From contig CAKSEL010000003.1 of NCBI GenBank assembly GCA_934446675.1, positions 151,318 to 215,317 of the forward strand: a DNA stretch of 64,000 nucleotides, written 5' to 3'. A program made the translations under genes and the position numbers. The notes below the pieces were generated by a model, which saw only the letters and a program-made list of their open reading frames with translations, was not told the DNA's origin and ran no database searches. Shown in pieces: positions 34,901 to 43,278 of the stretch. Source of the stretch: an uncultured Eubacteriales bacterium (GTDB lineage: Bacteria; Bacillota; Clostridia; Oscillospirales; CAG-382). Numbering within the stretch: the first letter of the stretch is position 1; each line of letters starts with the position of its first letter.

Positions 34901-36640
34901 AAGAATAACGGCGATGAAAGTACCGGAAACTCAAAATTTGTCTTTGCACTCGGCAGCGCAAAAAACGAGGACGTGATCTCGCACTGTACGTCCTGCGTGC
35001 GGAACGGACTTTATGAGCTTTACCGCAGCGCACTTGTGTTTTCAAATGGCGTTATGGCAAAGATCTCGCTTTCGGGGTACGATAAAAACGACGGCGCACG
35101 CGCAGTATCCGCAATGCTCTGCAAATGGCTGTCATATCAGAACGGAATATGCCGTATGTATTCGCGCAGCGGTTTTTATCAGTCGGGCGGAGCTTACGGC
35201 TACCGCGATCAGCTTCAGGACGCGGTCTGTCTTATGTATTCCGATAAAAATGCCGCGAGAACCCATATTTTAAGGTGCGCCGCACATCAGTTTGCAGAGG
35301 GAGACGTGCTGCACTGGTGGCATCCGGGAACGCAGAACGGCAATAAGAGCCACAGCGGCGTGAGGACGAGAATTTCGGACGATTATGTCTGGCTTGCGTA
35401 TGCGGTTTCGGAGTATGTGTCCTATACGGGAGATACCGGCGTGCTTGACGTGAAAGTGAGATATATAAAAGCGGACGGACTTTCTGACGGCGAACATGAA
35501 AAATATATAAGCCCCGAATATTCCGACGTAAAGGAAAGTCTTTACAGACATTGCCTGAAGTCGCTTTTCAGAGCGTACAGAATGAGAGGGCAGCACGGAC
35601 TCTGTCTTATCGGAACCGGAGACTGGAGCGACGGACTTAACCGCGTCGGAAAGGACGGAAAGGGCGAGAGCGTGTGGCTTACAATGTTCCTTGCAATGTG
35701 CATGGAAAAGTTTTCGCAGGTCTGCACGCGTTACGGCGATGATGTTACGAACCGCGCACTGTGCGAACGCGCAAAGGAGCTTTTTGATGTCTGCAAAGAG
35801 AGCGGATTTGATGACGAACACGGATATTTTATAAGAGCCTATGACGACGGCGGAGAAAAACTCGGATATTACGGCAATGACGAATGTAAGATAGATCTTC
35901 TTCCGCAGAGCTTTTCGGCAATAAGCGGGGGCTTTGACAAAGATACCGTTTCTTCAAGCCTGCTTTGCGCTTACAATATGCTGTGCGACACAAACGGAAA
36001 ACTGTTTAAGCTGCTCTCTCCGCCGTTTCACTATACAAAAAAGGATCCCGGATATATAAAAGGTTATGTTCCCGGAATACGCGAAAACGGAGGACAGTAT
36101 ACCCATGCCGCGGTCTGGGCAAGCATGGCGTTTCTGAAAGCGTCCGAAAACGGAGATACCGGTATTGCAAGCGAGAAAGAGCTGAGAAAGATAGGAATTG
36201 AAACGCTTATGTTTCTGCTCACTCCGCTGCGTATGGAGGATAAGGCGCTTTCGGAAAAATACGGCGCGGAGCCTTATGTTCTCGCGGGCGATATATACGC
36301 GAATAAGGATTATTACGGCAGAGCCGGCTGGAGCTGGTATACGGGCGCTGCAGGCTGGTTTTTCAGAGAACTTCTGACAAGGCTTTTCTGCATAAACTTA
36401 AAAGACGTGCTTGCCGAAAGTCCGAAGCTTGTGCTTTCGGACGGTGTGTTTACCCTGCCGTTTGAGTTTTCCGATGAGTTTTCGGTTAATCTTGCTGTAA
36501 ACAAAGACACAGACCTTACGGTAAATTATAAAAGGGGCGCAGAGAACGGAGTTTTTTCCGCAGACGAAAAATGCACCATGTGCGTAAGACTGAAACGCGG
36601 TGAGCAAAACGAAGTTACCGTAATATCAAAAGAACGGTAA
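28991..36640 (+). CDS. Cyclic beta-1,2-glucan synthase-like multidomain protein (GT84-type glycosyltransferase, TM segments, (alpha/alpha)6 glucan-processing region, GH94-type phosphorylase)
   Basis: The track ORF 28970-36640 is trimmed to the ATG at 28991 (RBS AAGGAAG). Motifs seen: VVTLDADTEMP (DxD), EHRWIRGDFQN, several hydrophobic segments, TSPTNIGLYL, GGAYGYRDQLQD and GDVLHWWHP. Confidence 0.8.
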   Translation: MRSTSEIKTLDEIFGNITAVKISSCRILGRKLKAASRVLKSEFGKVKQFSKHDGSLPCAYEWLADNYYVLDKNVKELSAQISHFKKIPVSDCGLPVYFELLSAYYETLADGFSDENFSEFVKFACQNKNVAPDMRDMYAFPAFAKCAVICFAAKMWREFSADPDSINMAHIMENAVKSLSNPEIFDMEELFSFHPAQKIMSCDPSGAFDKMSEDTKKYYRLRLCDLSRKNGQSERQTASRILDKAAAAENLRERHVGAYLEDNKSFAVPYYGALFCIVAAALLAMTAFVSPVCLLLALPVWETVKFLLDVAFSRFVNPEPLFRMDISEIPDGFGALTVITTLLSGNNADKKIFERLESLYFSNGGKNAYFGLLADLPDSKTQKSGNDEKLLDNAKKQIQRLNEKYGGVFFLFTRQRAYSKSEKAYIAPERKRGAVCALSEYLCGKGDKFDENSLKPSKELCKNIKYVVTLDADTEMPVGALELLCGAMLHPLNKPVLNSDKTAVVKGHAIIQPAVRTTATDASKNLFTSVMCGPGGRESYSNFSGELNMTLFKNSGFCGKGIFDKEVFYELTHGKNAFKTNAVLSHDAPEGARLNCAADTEAVFTDGFPKNELSYFKREHRWIRGDFQNLGFAAKYVKNASGEKVENGISALYKYRIFDNVRRELTPVFAVIAVVCTVFCDDFTSAFLGGITALYVFMPFLADLICTLVHIKSGAKAAAARFYSFGVVPSLFQNLRRCALDMSMLAKYALVCLDAFFRSCYRMFFSHKRLLEWTTAAQSDASSSDGIGGYVFKNLFSSIIGVFVFVFSGDGFARLFGLSWFFLPAVAYFCAECKNNTLSDNAPDNDELKTVNEYAKDIWSFFENTVTEEENYLPPDNIQLFPEMRTAHRTSPTNIGLYLVCAVVARKFGFINSHELCARLENSLFTLEKMQKFKGHLYNWYDTKTLGVLEPVYVSSVDSGNFLACLITASNGAAEYKNECAELESISEKLYALYENTDLEVIYNKKRGLFTLGLSFENGRAKSGDNCYDLYMSEARTLSYIACAKRGVPPKHWKRLSRMPVKFYGHTGLVSWSGTAFEYFMPALFLPYMPCTLEYEALRLAYDAQKSRSAETDFGKIFGISESAYFAFDSQMNYAYRAFGVPVLGLGRGLEKDLVISPYSSFLMMSVNLSGSLKNLAVMKKYGLYGRYGFYEACDFTPGRASAKGSIVKSYMAHHMGMSFCALANAAFCGEVRRLFTEDKAMESAKTLLDERIPVGIEVKKYSGIYEKTDKPDAAPICVQSRVSTGADPENPVFGALSDGRISVLGADNGYVRISLGGKMINLASNEKYGIQKSVMCFAKLGNTFLSSCPGINDNKNESRSFEISPEKLSYNVKSDGKYNFTSSFTAEKNVSETVRIKMTLERDKNGNDRAEKPKRVKFALYFEPVLASILNYESHPAFSGLFVEAALDEETGILCFRRRPREAHEKELYLAAAPSDGEKFDFGINKIRIFGYPVTGESFKKIFDKRPDNREGACIDPACLIAAERGFDGQNNKAQFEIILSVSDSREKAISGITAAREKSFEKACAELKKTSLELYAASGYAPDGEVGESEEEKELCALVYPEKSEPGTELEKNGMDALWKYGISGDYPLICVYADNPLDEDKAIRYVKAFALLKYKGFCADLALLYREHEKYRADGENLADDIISKSGVSGLIGAKNGGIFKVDLSKSSDGGEKLIFRAALVYPPLAKPDESAFFAGNYDIVTDIQGKESATDGEIFFNTAVGYFDKNYDFTVDKTRNITRPMSHVLSGRHLSTVVTHNSLGYTFCTNAAERRITPFYNDECSFSTGEHIYISDGQKLYDLAAVSHSVKYGTGYAEYTARICEKEVRLKVYVPEKLPIKIYEADVPDSLSAMLLVKPVMARFAFSNSDCTFNIGAGAVRFGNSFSQNFPYTGFAFGAGFDESGNVSEGAVKIFRSGRFSGCAAVMFENKNNGDESTGNSKFVFALGSAKNEDVISHCTSCVRNGLYELYRSALVFSNGVMAKISLSGYDKNDGARAVSAMLCKWLSYQNGICRMYSRSGFYQSGGAYGYRDQLQDAVCLMYSDKNAARTHILRCAAHQFAEGDVLHWWHPGTQNGNKSHSGVRTRISDDYVWLAYAVSEYVSYTGDTGVLDVKVRYIKADGLSDGEHEKYISPEYSDVKESLYRHCLKSLFRAYRMRGQHGLCLIGTGDWSDGLNRVGKDGKGESVWLTMFLAMCMEKFSQVCTRYGDDVTNRALCERAKELFDVCKESGFDDEHGYFIRAYDDGGEKLGYYGNDECKIDLLPQSFSAISGGFDKDTVSSSLLCAYNMLCDTNGKLFKLLSPPFHYTKKDPGYIKGYVPGIRENGGQYTHAAVWASMAFLKASENGDTGIASEKELRKIGIETLMFLLTPLRMEDKALSEKYGAEPYVLAGDIYANKDYYGRAGWSWYTGAAGWFFRELLTRLFCINLKDVLAESPKLVLSDGVFTLPFEFSDEFSVNLAVNKDTDLTVNYKRGAENGVFSADEKCTMCVRLKRGEQNEVTVISKER

Positions 36641-36758
36641 AGAGCGCTGCGCTGTTTGAATGATTTGTAAATTTGCGCGCGTTCTCTTTACTAATTGCGC
36701 ATTAAGATGTATAATAAATAAAGTATATTTATGTACTTTCATCACCGGAGGAAAACCA

Positions 36759-38045
36759 ATGCAAAGATACAGTATTGCGGACGGAGTTTATCTGAATGTC
36801 ATACCGTCCGTAAAGTTCAAGACCAACTTTTTAAGCGTAAACTTTCTGCTTTCGCTTACCGAAAAAAATGCAACCGGAACGTCAGCGCTTTTAAGAGTGC
36901 TGCTGCGCTCCTGTAAAAAATATCCGTCCACCGCGTCCCTTGCCTCAAGGCTCGAATATCTATACGATATGTCCGCGTCCATGAGAAACTACAAGAGAGG
37001 CGAAACGCTTATAACAAGCTATGAGTCGGAATTTCTCAAAGACGAGTATGTTCCCGAAGGCACGGAAAATATGCTGTCGGAGGCTGTCGGGACTTTCCGC
37101 GATATTGTGCTTGATCCGCGCGTAAAGGACGGAGCGTTTGACGAAAAAACTCTCTCGGAAGAAAAGACCGACCTTGTGAATACCATAAACGCGCTGATAA
37201 ATAATAAAAATTCCTATGCAAAGCAAAAGTGCACAGAGATAATGTGCGAAAATGAAAAATACGCGCTCAACGAACTCGGCACGGCAGAGGACGCAAAGAA
37301 CGTAACGGCGTCGGGACTTTTTGATTTTTACCACGAATTTATAAAGACCTCGCGCATAGAGATATATTTTGTCGGAGAATGTGACGAAAACGCGCTGTGC
37401 GAGCTTTTCAAGGAGCTTTTTTCGGGCGTCGAAAGACAGCCGTCGGAGCTTTGCGATACTTTTGTGTCGGACAAGGCTCATGAACCCGTCATTTATAAAA
37501 AAGAGATCATGAACGTAAGCCAGGGCAAGCTTGCAATGGGCTTCAGAACAGGAGCTACTCTCAAAGACGCAAACAGCGCGGATATGATAATGTTCAACGA
37601 GATATTCGGCTCGTCTCCCGTAAGCAAGCTGTTTATGAACGTGCGCGAAAAACTCAGTCTATGCTATTACTGCCGTTCGGTCACGGATTCTTTTAAGGGC
37701 GTTATGTTCGTAATGTCGGGAATTGAAAACTGTAACCGCGAAAAGGCTGTAAACGCCATACTTTCGGAGCTTCGCGACATCTGCGACGGAAAATTTGCGC
37801 AGAGCGATATAGACGCCGCCGTTCTTTCCGTCACAAATTCCTATAAGGAGCTTTCGGATAATCCGTCGGGACTTTCGTCGTGGTATCTTTCAAGACGTAT
37901 GTCGGGCGATCTCAGCGAACCGTCAGACGTGATAAACGCCGTGTCAAAAGTGACGGCAGCCGATATAGCAAATGCCGCAAAACGCGTAAAGCTCGACACG
38001 GTATACTTCCTTGAGGGCGGCGCAAAAGAGGAGGACGCGGAATAA
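36759..38045 (+). CDS. M16 (pitrilysin) family protein, non-catalytic partner (no HxxEH)
   Basis: The track ORF 36660-38045 is trimmed to the ATG at 36759 (RBS GGAGGAAAA). Insulinase-like length and pairing with the next gene. No HxxEH motif was seen. Confidence 0.7.
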   Translation: MQRYSIADGVYLNVIPSVKFKTNFLSVNFLLSLTEKNATGTSALLRVLLRSCKKYPSTASLASRLEYLYDMSASMRNYKRGETLITSYESEFLKDEYVPEGTENMLSEAVGTFRDIVLDPRVKDGAFDEKTLSEEKTDLVNTINALINNKNSYAKQKCTEIMCENEKYALNELGTAEDAKNVTASGLFDFYHEFIKTSRIEIYFVGECDENALCELFKELFSGVERQPSELCDTFVSDKAHEPVIYKKEIMNVSQGKLAMGFRTGATLKDANSADMIMFNEIFGSSPVSKLFMNVREKLSLCYYCRSVTDSFKGVMFVMSGIENCNREKAVNAILSELRDICDGKFAQSDIDAAVLSVTNSYKELSDNPSGLSSWYLSRRMSGDLSEPSDVINAVSKVTAADIANAAKRVKLDTVYFLEGGAKEEDAE

Positions 38046-39322
38046 TGAGTTTTACTGTTTTTGAAAATGAAAAATTAAAGGAAAAATATTATCTTATAAA
38101 CCATAAAAGCGGACTTCGCGTGTATGTTTATCCCAAAAAGATGAGCACGTCTTATGCCGCGTTTGCGACAAAGTTCGGTTCTGTTGACAACAAATTCTTA
38201 TGCGACGGAAAAGAAATAAATCTTCCCGACGGAATAGCGCATTTTCTCGAACACAAGATGTTTGAGAACGAGGACGGCTCGGACACCTTCGAGCTTTACG
38301 CAAAGACCGGCGCAAACGCAAACGCCTACACTACCTCCGACAGAACCGTGTATCTTTTCTCGGCTGCCGATAATGTCGCTCAGTCGCTTGAGATACTTCT
38401 CGGCTTTGTGACGCACCCCTATTTTACAGATGAGACCGTCGCAAAGGAACAGGGCATAATCGGTCAGGAAATAAGAATGTACGACGACAATCCCAACTGG
38501 CAGCTCTATTTCGGTATGCTTTCGGGGCTTTACGTCAACAATCCCGTGAGAATAGACACCGCAGGTACCGTCGAAACGATAGCGACGATAACTCCCGAAA
38601 AGCTTTTTGACGCGTACAACGCCTTTTATAACCTTTCAAACATGGCGCTGTGCGTATGCGGAGATATTGACTGCGAACAGGTCGAAGGGGTCTGCGACAG
38701 GGTGTTAGAATATGTAAAGGCGCCCGAAGTAAAGCGCATATATCCGTTGGAACCCGACGCCGTATACAAAGAGTTTGTGACCAAGAAAATGCAGGTTTCC
38801 ATGCCCATGTTCTTTGTCGGCATAAAGGATAACGAGTGCCCAATGTCGGGACGCGCGCTTATGAAAAAGCGTGCCGAATACTGCATACTGCTTGACCTTA
38901 TGTTCGATAAATCAACTGACTTTTACAATGAGCTTTATGAAAGCGGACTTGTGGATTCGTCGTTCTCCTACGAATATGAGGGACACGAAACCTTTGCGAT
39001 AAGCGAAATATCCGGCTGTTCGGAAAATCCCGATCAGGTGTATAAAAAGATAAGAGATCATATTGCGCTTTGCAAAAAGAACGGATTTTCAAAAGAGGAT
39101 TTTGAACGCATAAAGCGCGCAAATTACGCACATTCGATAGGCATTTTCAACAGCACTGAGGATATAGCAAACGAGCTTATATCGTGCGTGTTTGAGGATA
39201 CCGATATACTGGATTTTCCGCAGATCGTTGCGGACGTTACGTTTGAGGATATAAATAACCGTCTTAAAACGGCATTTGCCGATAATGCGTTTACACTTTC
39301 GACGGTGTATCCGCAGCACTGA
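38045..39322 (+). CDS. M16 family zinc peptidase (catalytic partner)
   Basis: Inverted zincin motif HFLEHKMFE. The start overlaps the preceding stop (TAATG). Confidence 0.8.
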   Translation: MSFTVFENEKLKEKYYLINHKSGLRVYVYPKKMSTSYAAFATKFGSVDNKFLCDGKEINLPDGIAHFLEHKMFENEDGSDTFELYAKTGANANAYTTSDRTVYLFSAADNVAQSLEILLGFVTHPYFTDETVAKEQGIIGQEIRMYDDNPNWQLYFGMLSGLYVNNPVRIDTAGTVETIATITPEKLFDAYNAFYNLSNMALCVCGDIDCEQVEGVCDRVLEYVKAPEVKRIYPLEPDAVYKEFVTKKMQVSMPMFFVGIKDNECPMSGRALMKKRAEYCILLDLMFDKSTDFYNELYESGLVDSSFSYEYEGHETFAISEISGCSENPDQVYKKIRDHIALCKKNGFSKEDFERIKRANYAHSIGIFNSTEDIANELISCVFEDTDILDFPQIVADVTFEDINNRLKTAFADNAFTLSTVYPQH

Positions 39323-39354
39323 GCGCCGGACTTTTTCGAGAGGAAGTGTGAAAA

Positions 39355-40212
39355 ATGGTAAACGCAATTTCTTTTCCGGGACTCGGAATATCCGCGTTTG
39401 AAATAAACCGCGTTGCTTTTCATGCAGGCCCTTTTACGGTTTACTGGTACGGCGTAATAATATGCGTGGGTATACTTCTCGGACTTTCCTATATGTATTT
39501 TCGCTTAAAGGGTTACGGAATGACGGGCGATGACCTTACGGATATTGCTCTTGTCACGGTTCCGTGCGCGATTGTCGGCGCGAGAGTGTACTATGTTCTG
39601 ACAAGTCTCGATGAATTTTCCTCGTTTTACGATATGATAGCCATATGGAACGGAGGAATAGCGATATACGGCGCGGTTATTGCCGGCGCGCTTGCGATTT
39701 ACTTTGTAAGCCGTGCCAAAAAGCTGCCCGTGCTTAAAGTTTTCGACAGTGCGGCGCCTGCGGTCATGCTCGGACAGATAATAGGACGCTGGGGAAATTT
39801 TGTAAATGCGGAAGCTTTCGGCGGCGCGGAAAAGTACGAGTTTTTCGGCAGAGTCTTTGACATTTCGCACTTTTCGCAGGTCAATATTTTCCGCATGGAG
39901 ATAAACGGAGCTACGGTTCACCCGACTTTTCTCTATGAATCGGTCTGGAACCTGCTCGGTTTTGTACTTATAAACGTATTTTATAAGAAAAAGAGCTTTG
40001 ATGGGGAAATACTGCTTTGGTATCTGACATGGTACGGTTTCGGAAGATGCTTTATAGAGGGTTTCAGAACCGACAGCCTGTTTGTCGGAGGTATAAGAAT
40101 TTCTCAGCTTGTAGGACTTTTGTGTTTTGTGTTCGGACTTGCATTGACGCTGTTTTTTGCGTTCAGGGCGGGAAAGAACAAAGCGCCTCTTGACGGAGGT
40201 GCCGAAAAGTGA
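39355..40212 (+). CDS. lgt: Prolipoprotein diacylglyceryl transferase
   Basis: Motifs YWYGVIICVGILLG, GRWGNFVNAEAFG and HPTFLYESVWN. Confidence 0.9.
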   Translation: MVNAISFPGLGISAFEINRVAFHAGPFTVYWYGVIICVGILLGLSYMYFRLKGYGMTGDDLTDIALVTVPCAIVGARVYYVLTSLDEFSSFYDMIAIWNGGIAIYGAVIAGALAIYFVSRAKKLPVLKVFDSAAPAVMLGQIIGRWGNFVNAEAFGGAEKYEFFGRVFDISHFSQVNIFRMEINGATVHPTFLYESVWNLLGFVLINVFYKKKSFDGEILLWYLTWYGFGRCFIEGFRTDSLFVGGIRISQLVGLLCFVFGLALTLFFAFRAGKNKAPLDGGAEK

Positions 40213-41054
40213 AGGTCGTATATAAAAAAAGACAGATCTTCTATCCCGTCTGCTTTGTGATTGCGGTAATAATGAGCGCGGTGTGCCTGAAGGTCTGGAA
40301 CGGCAGGGCGAATATAGTTTCAAAAGCCGTAAATTTCGCCGTAAGTCCTTTGCAGTCGGTTTCCGACAGTATCTGCGACGGCATTTCCGGAATTGGCGGA
40401 TATTTCAGAAATCAGAAAAAGCTGCTTGAAGAGAATGAGAGCCTGAAAAAAGAAAACGCGGAGCTTAAAAAGCTTGAGAGCAGAAATATGCTGCTCAAAA
40501 ATCAGAACGATAATCTGTACGGCTATCTCGGACTTAAACGCGAGAGAACCGATTTTGAACTTGTAAACGCGCAGATAATCGCACGTACAAGCTCGAACTA
40601 CACCTCGTCCTTTGTCATAGATAAAGGCACGTTTCACGGCGTGAAAGAGGATATGCCCATAATAGATTCCGACGGAAATCTTCTCGGCGTGACCGTAAGC
40701 GCCGACGCAACAAGCACAAAATGCCTGTCCGTGCTGTCGTATGATGTAAACGTCGGGGTATACGACGAGAGAACCGGAAATACCGGCGTAATGTCGGGCG
40801 ATTTCGACGCATTTTCTTCGGGAAAGTGTATGATAAAGGGACTTGTTTCGCAGACGGACATAAAAGAGGGCGACGGAATACTTACCTCGGGACTCGGCGA
40901 CGTCTATCCGAGGGGGCTTACCGTCGGAAAAGTCGAAAGTATAATACCGGATATGAACAGCTATACGCTGAGCGCTGTCGTAGTTCCCGAATCCACCCAG
41001 CTCGAAGCCGACGATATTATGGTCATAACCGGCTTTGAACGGGTCTATGAATGA
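40209..41054 (+). CDS. mreC: Rod shape-determining protein MreC
   Basis: GTG start with RBS GGAGGTG 7 nt upstream. N-terminal TM segment, a coiled coil (LLEENESLKKENAELKKLE), then the MreC beta-domain (GVKEDMPIIDSDGNLLGV..GDGILTSGLGDVYPRGLTVGKV). Confidence 0.85.
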   Translation: MKVVYKKRQIFYPVCFVIAVIMSAVCLKVWNGRANIVSKAVNFAVSPLQSVSDSICDGISGIGGYFRNQKKLLEENESLKKENAELKKLESRNMLLKNQNDNLYGYLGLKRERTDFELVNAQIIARTSSNYTSSFVIDKGTFHGVKEDMPIIDSDGNLLGVTVSADATSTKCLSVLSYDVNVGVYDERTGNTGVMSGDFDAFSSGKCMIKGLVSQTDIKEGDGILTSGLGDVYPRGLTVGKVESIIPDMNSYTLSAVVVPESTQLEADDIMVITGFERVYE

Positions 41055-43257
41055 CGTCGGGCATTATAAAAGACCGATTGCGGCGTCGGGACTTGTATTC
41101 ATAGTTTTAAACCTTGCGGTACTTAAAAATCCCGATAAGTTTGTTTACATATGTGTTTTTGCCGCGGTTTTTGCACTTTTGTGCATCGCTTTTCTTTGCA
41201 TACGTCGGGAAAACACTGCTTTTTGCGTTTTTCTCTGCGCGGCGGCTCTGCTCGGAACGGTCATACCGTATTTTTCGTATAGCGTCAAAGAAAATGGCGC
41301 GCTTGATTTTGTAAAAGAGTACGGCGGTGCCGAACATGAGTTTTACGGCAAGGTGCTGTCCTTCTCGGGAAACAACTCTTACAGCTCGTTTGACGTAACG
41401 CTGCTTTCTGCCGACGGAAAAGATATAAGCGGAAAATTTAAGGCGGATATTTATTGTTACAGCACGGACTTTGCGGATAAGGGCGATATTATTGTCTTTT
41501 CGGGAACGCCGAAAAGCGTGTACGGTATTGATAACGGCGTTTTTGACAGCACGTCGTATATGCGCTCAAAGAATATTTTTATACAGATACCGAACGTAAA
41601 AATAAAGAGCGCGGAGAAAAGCGCGGAGAAAGATGTTTTTCAAAAGATAAGAAATTATATAAATGAAATATATTACGGTTCGCTGACAAAGAAGTTCGGA
41701 TATGACGTACCCGAAACCGCGTCGGCGCTTATCACGGGCGAACGGTCGGGGCTTGATCCGGATATAAAGAAAGATTTTCGCAGAAGCGGACTTTCCCATG
41801 TGCTGTGCATTTCAGGTATGCACCTTGCGATAATACTCGGACTGTTCGCAGGTATTTTCAAAAGACTTACGGTACATAAAAATATCGGCATATTTCTGCT
41901 GTTCTGCATATGCGTTTTCTATATACTGCTGACCGGCGTTCAGATTTCGGTGCTCAGAGCCGGGATCATGGCGATGTGTTCGTATTCGGCAATGCTTGCA
42001 AACAAGAAGTCGGACGGAATAAACGCGCTTTTTCTTGCGGCGGCAATAATATGCGTCTGCGATCCGTATGCCGTGCTCGGCGTCGGCGCACAGCTTTCGT
42101 TTGTATCGACGTTCGGAATTATCGTATGCTCGGAGCTTTTCTCACATAAAAGCGGTTTTTCATATGCCGTTCTCTCGGCTCTTGCGGCAAATACCGCGGC
42201 AGCTGCGTTTTCCTTTCCGATTACGGCGCTGTCGTTCGGAGAGATGTCGGTGTGGTCGTTTGTTTCGTCGCTTGCGGTGTCTCCGCTGTGCGAATGTGCG
42301 CTTACTTCGCTTGTTTTGCTTGCGCTTTTAAATCCGCTTTCCACTTTACCAGTGTTTTCGGCGCTGCACGGCTTTGTCGGCGATATATGCATATTTTTTG
42401 TGCGTGCAATGCTTGATTCCGCACACTTTTTCACAGGCTTTAAATATTCGCTCATAGCTTTTCCGTTTTGCAAAGCTCTGCTTTATATTCCGATCCTGTG
42501 CCTTGCGCTGTGCGCGCTTGCCGCGGCGTTTTCAGATATGCGGACGGTAAAGAGAATTTTCGCGTTTGAGATAACTTTTTGCATTGTTATGTCAGCCGCG
42601 TCTTTTGCGTATAGTGTTATCTCGGACGGAAATACCGAGGTCTGGTACTACCGTAAGAATGCGTCGGACACGCAGATTTCGGTAAAGCTCGCAAGGAGCG
42701 CAGCCGTCATTTTCAATGCCGACAGCAATCTGTGTACCGACCCCGACGACGCGCATTTTGACGCGTACAGCGGAAATAACTATATTTTTGTAATTCCGTC
42801 GGAAAATACCGACGCAAAAATCCTCTCGCATAATATACAAAGCTTTTCCGAAAGATTCGGCGTAAAGGGTGTGTATATAGCAGAGTTTTCTGGCGCGGAC
42901 GAACTTTCGGACAGGCTGTCGGAGTGCGGCACAAATGTTTCGGGTATTTGCCGCGGACTGTTTTCCGGAAACGTAAAAGTGCAGTGCACGCAAAAAGCAG
43001 ACGGCGGATATATTATCGACGTGCTTGACGGAAACAAAAAATTCCGTGCAGTAATTTCCGAGGGCTATGACGCAAACGATTTTGCCGGAACGTATTATTC
43101 CTCGGCATATTTCTGCTCCGATTCTTCAAATGCTTTTGATGTGCAGAGCGACACGGTTCCCGACAGCGGCACGTTTTTCACAAGGCTCAAAAAGGGAGCG
43201 GAACCTAATACGGGCGTGCAGAACACCTACGGAAAGAAGAGCGTAAGATTGTATTAA
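41047..43257 (+). CDS. comEC: ComEC/Rec2 family DNA internalization channel protein
   Basis: Competence domain LITGERSGLDPDIKKDFRRSGLSHVLCISGMHLAIILG, and many TM segments. The start is uncertain (track TTG at 41035, ATG at 41047). Confidence 0.8.
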   Translation: MNDVGHYKRPIAASGLVFIVLNLAVLKNPDKFVYICVFAAVFALLCIAFLCIRRENTAFCVFLCAAALLGTVIPYFSYSVKENGALDFVKEYGGAEHEFYGKVLSFSGNNSYSSFDVTLLSADGKDISGKFKADIYCYSTDFADKGDIIVFSGTPKSVYGIDNGVFDSTSYMRSKNIFIQIPNVKIKSAEKSAEKDVFQKIRNYINEIYYGSLTKKFGYDVPETASALITGERSGLDPDIKKDFRRSGLSHVLCISGMHLAIILGLFAGIFKRLTVHKNIGIFLLFCICVFYILLTGVQISVLRAGIMAMCSYSAMLANKKSDGINALFLAAAIICVCDPYAVLGVGAQLSFVSTFGIIVCSELFSHKSGFSYAVLSALAANTAAAAFSFPITALSFGEMSVWSFVSSLAVSPLCECALTSLVLLALLNPLSTLPVFSALHGFVGDICIFFVRAMLDSAHFFTGFKYSLIAFPFCKALLYIPILCLALCALAAAFSDMRTVKRIFAFEITFCIVMSAASFAYSVISDGNTEVWYYRKNASDTQISVKLARSAAVIFNADSNLCTDPDDAHFDAYSGNNYIFVIPSENTDAKILSHNIQSFSERFGVKGVYIAEFSGADELSDRLSECGTNVSGICRGLFSGNVKVQCTQKADGGYIIDVLDGNKKFRAVISEGYDANDFAGTYYSSAYFCSDSSNAFDVQSDTVPDSGTFFTRLKKGAEPNTGVQNTYGKKSVRLY

Positions 43258-43278
43258 ACAAAAAAGGAGGCGGCAGTC

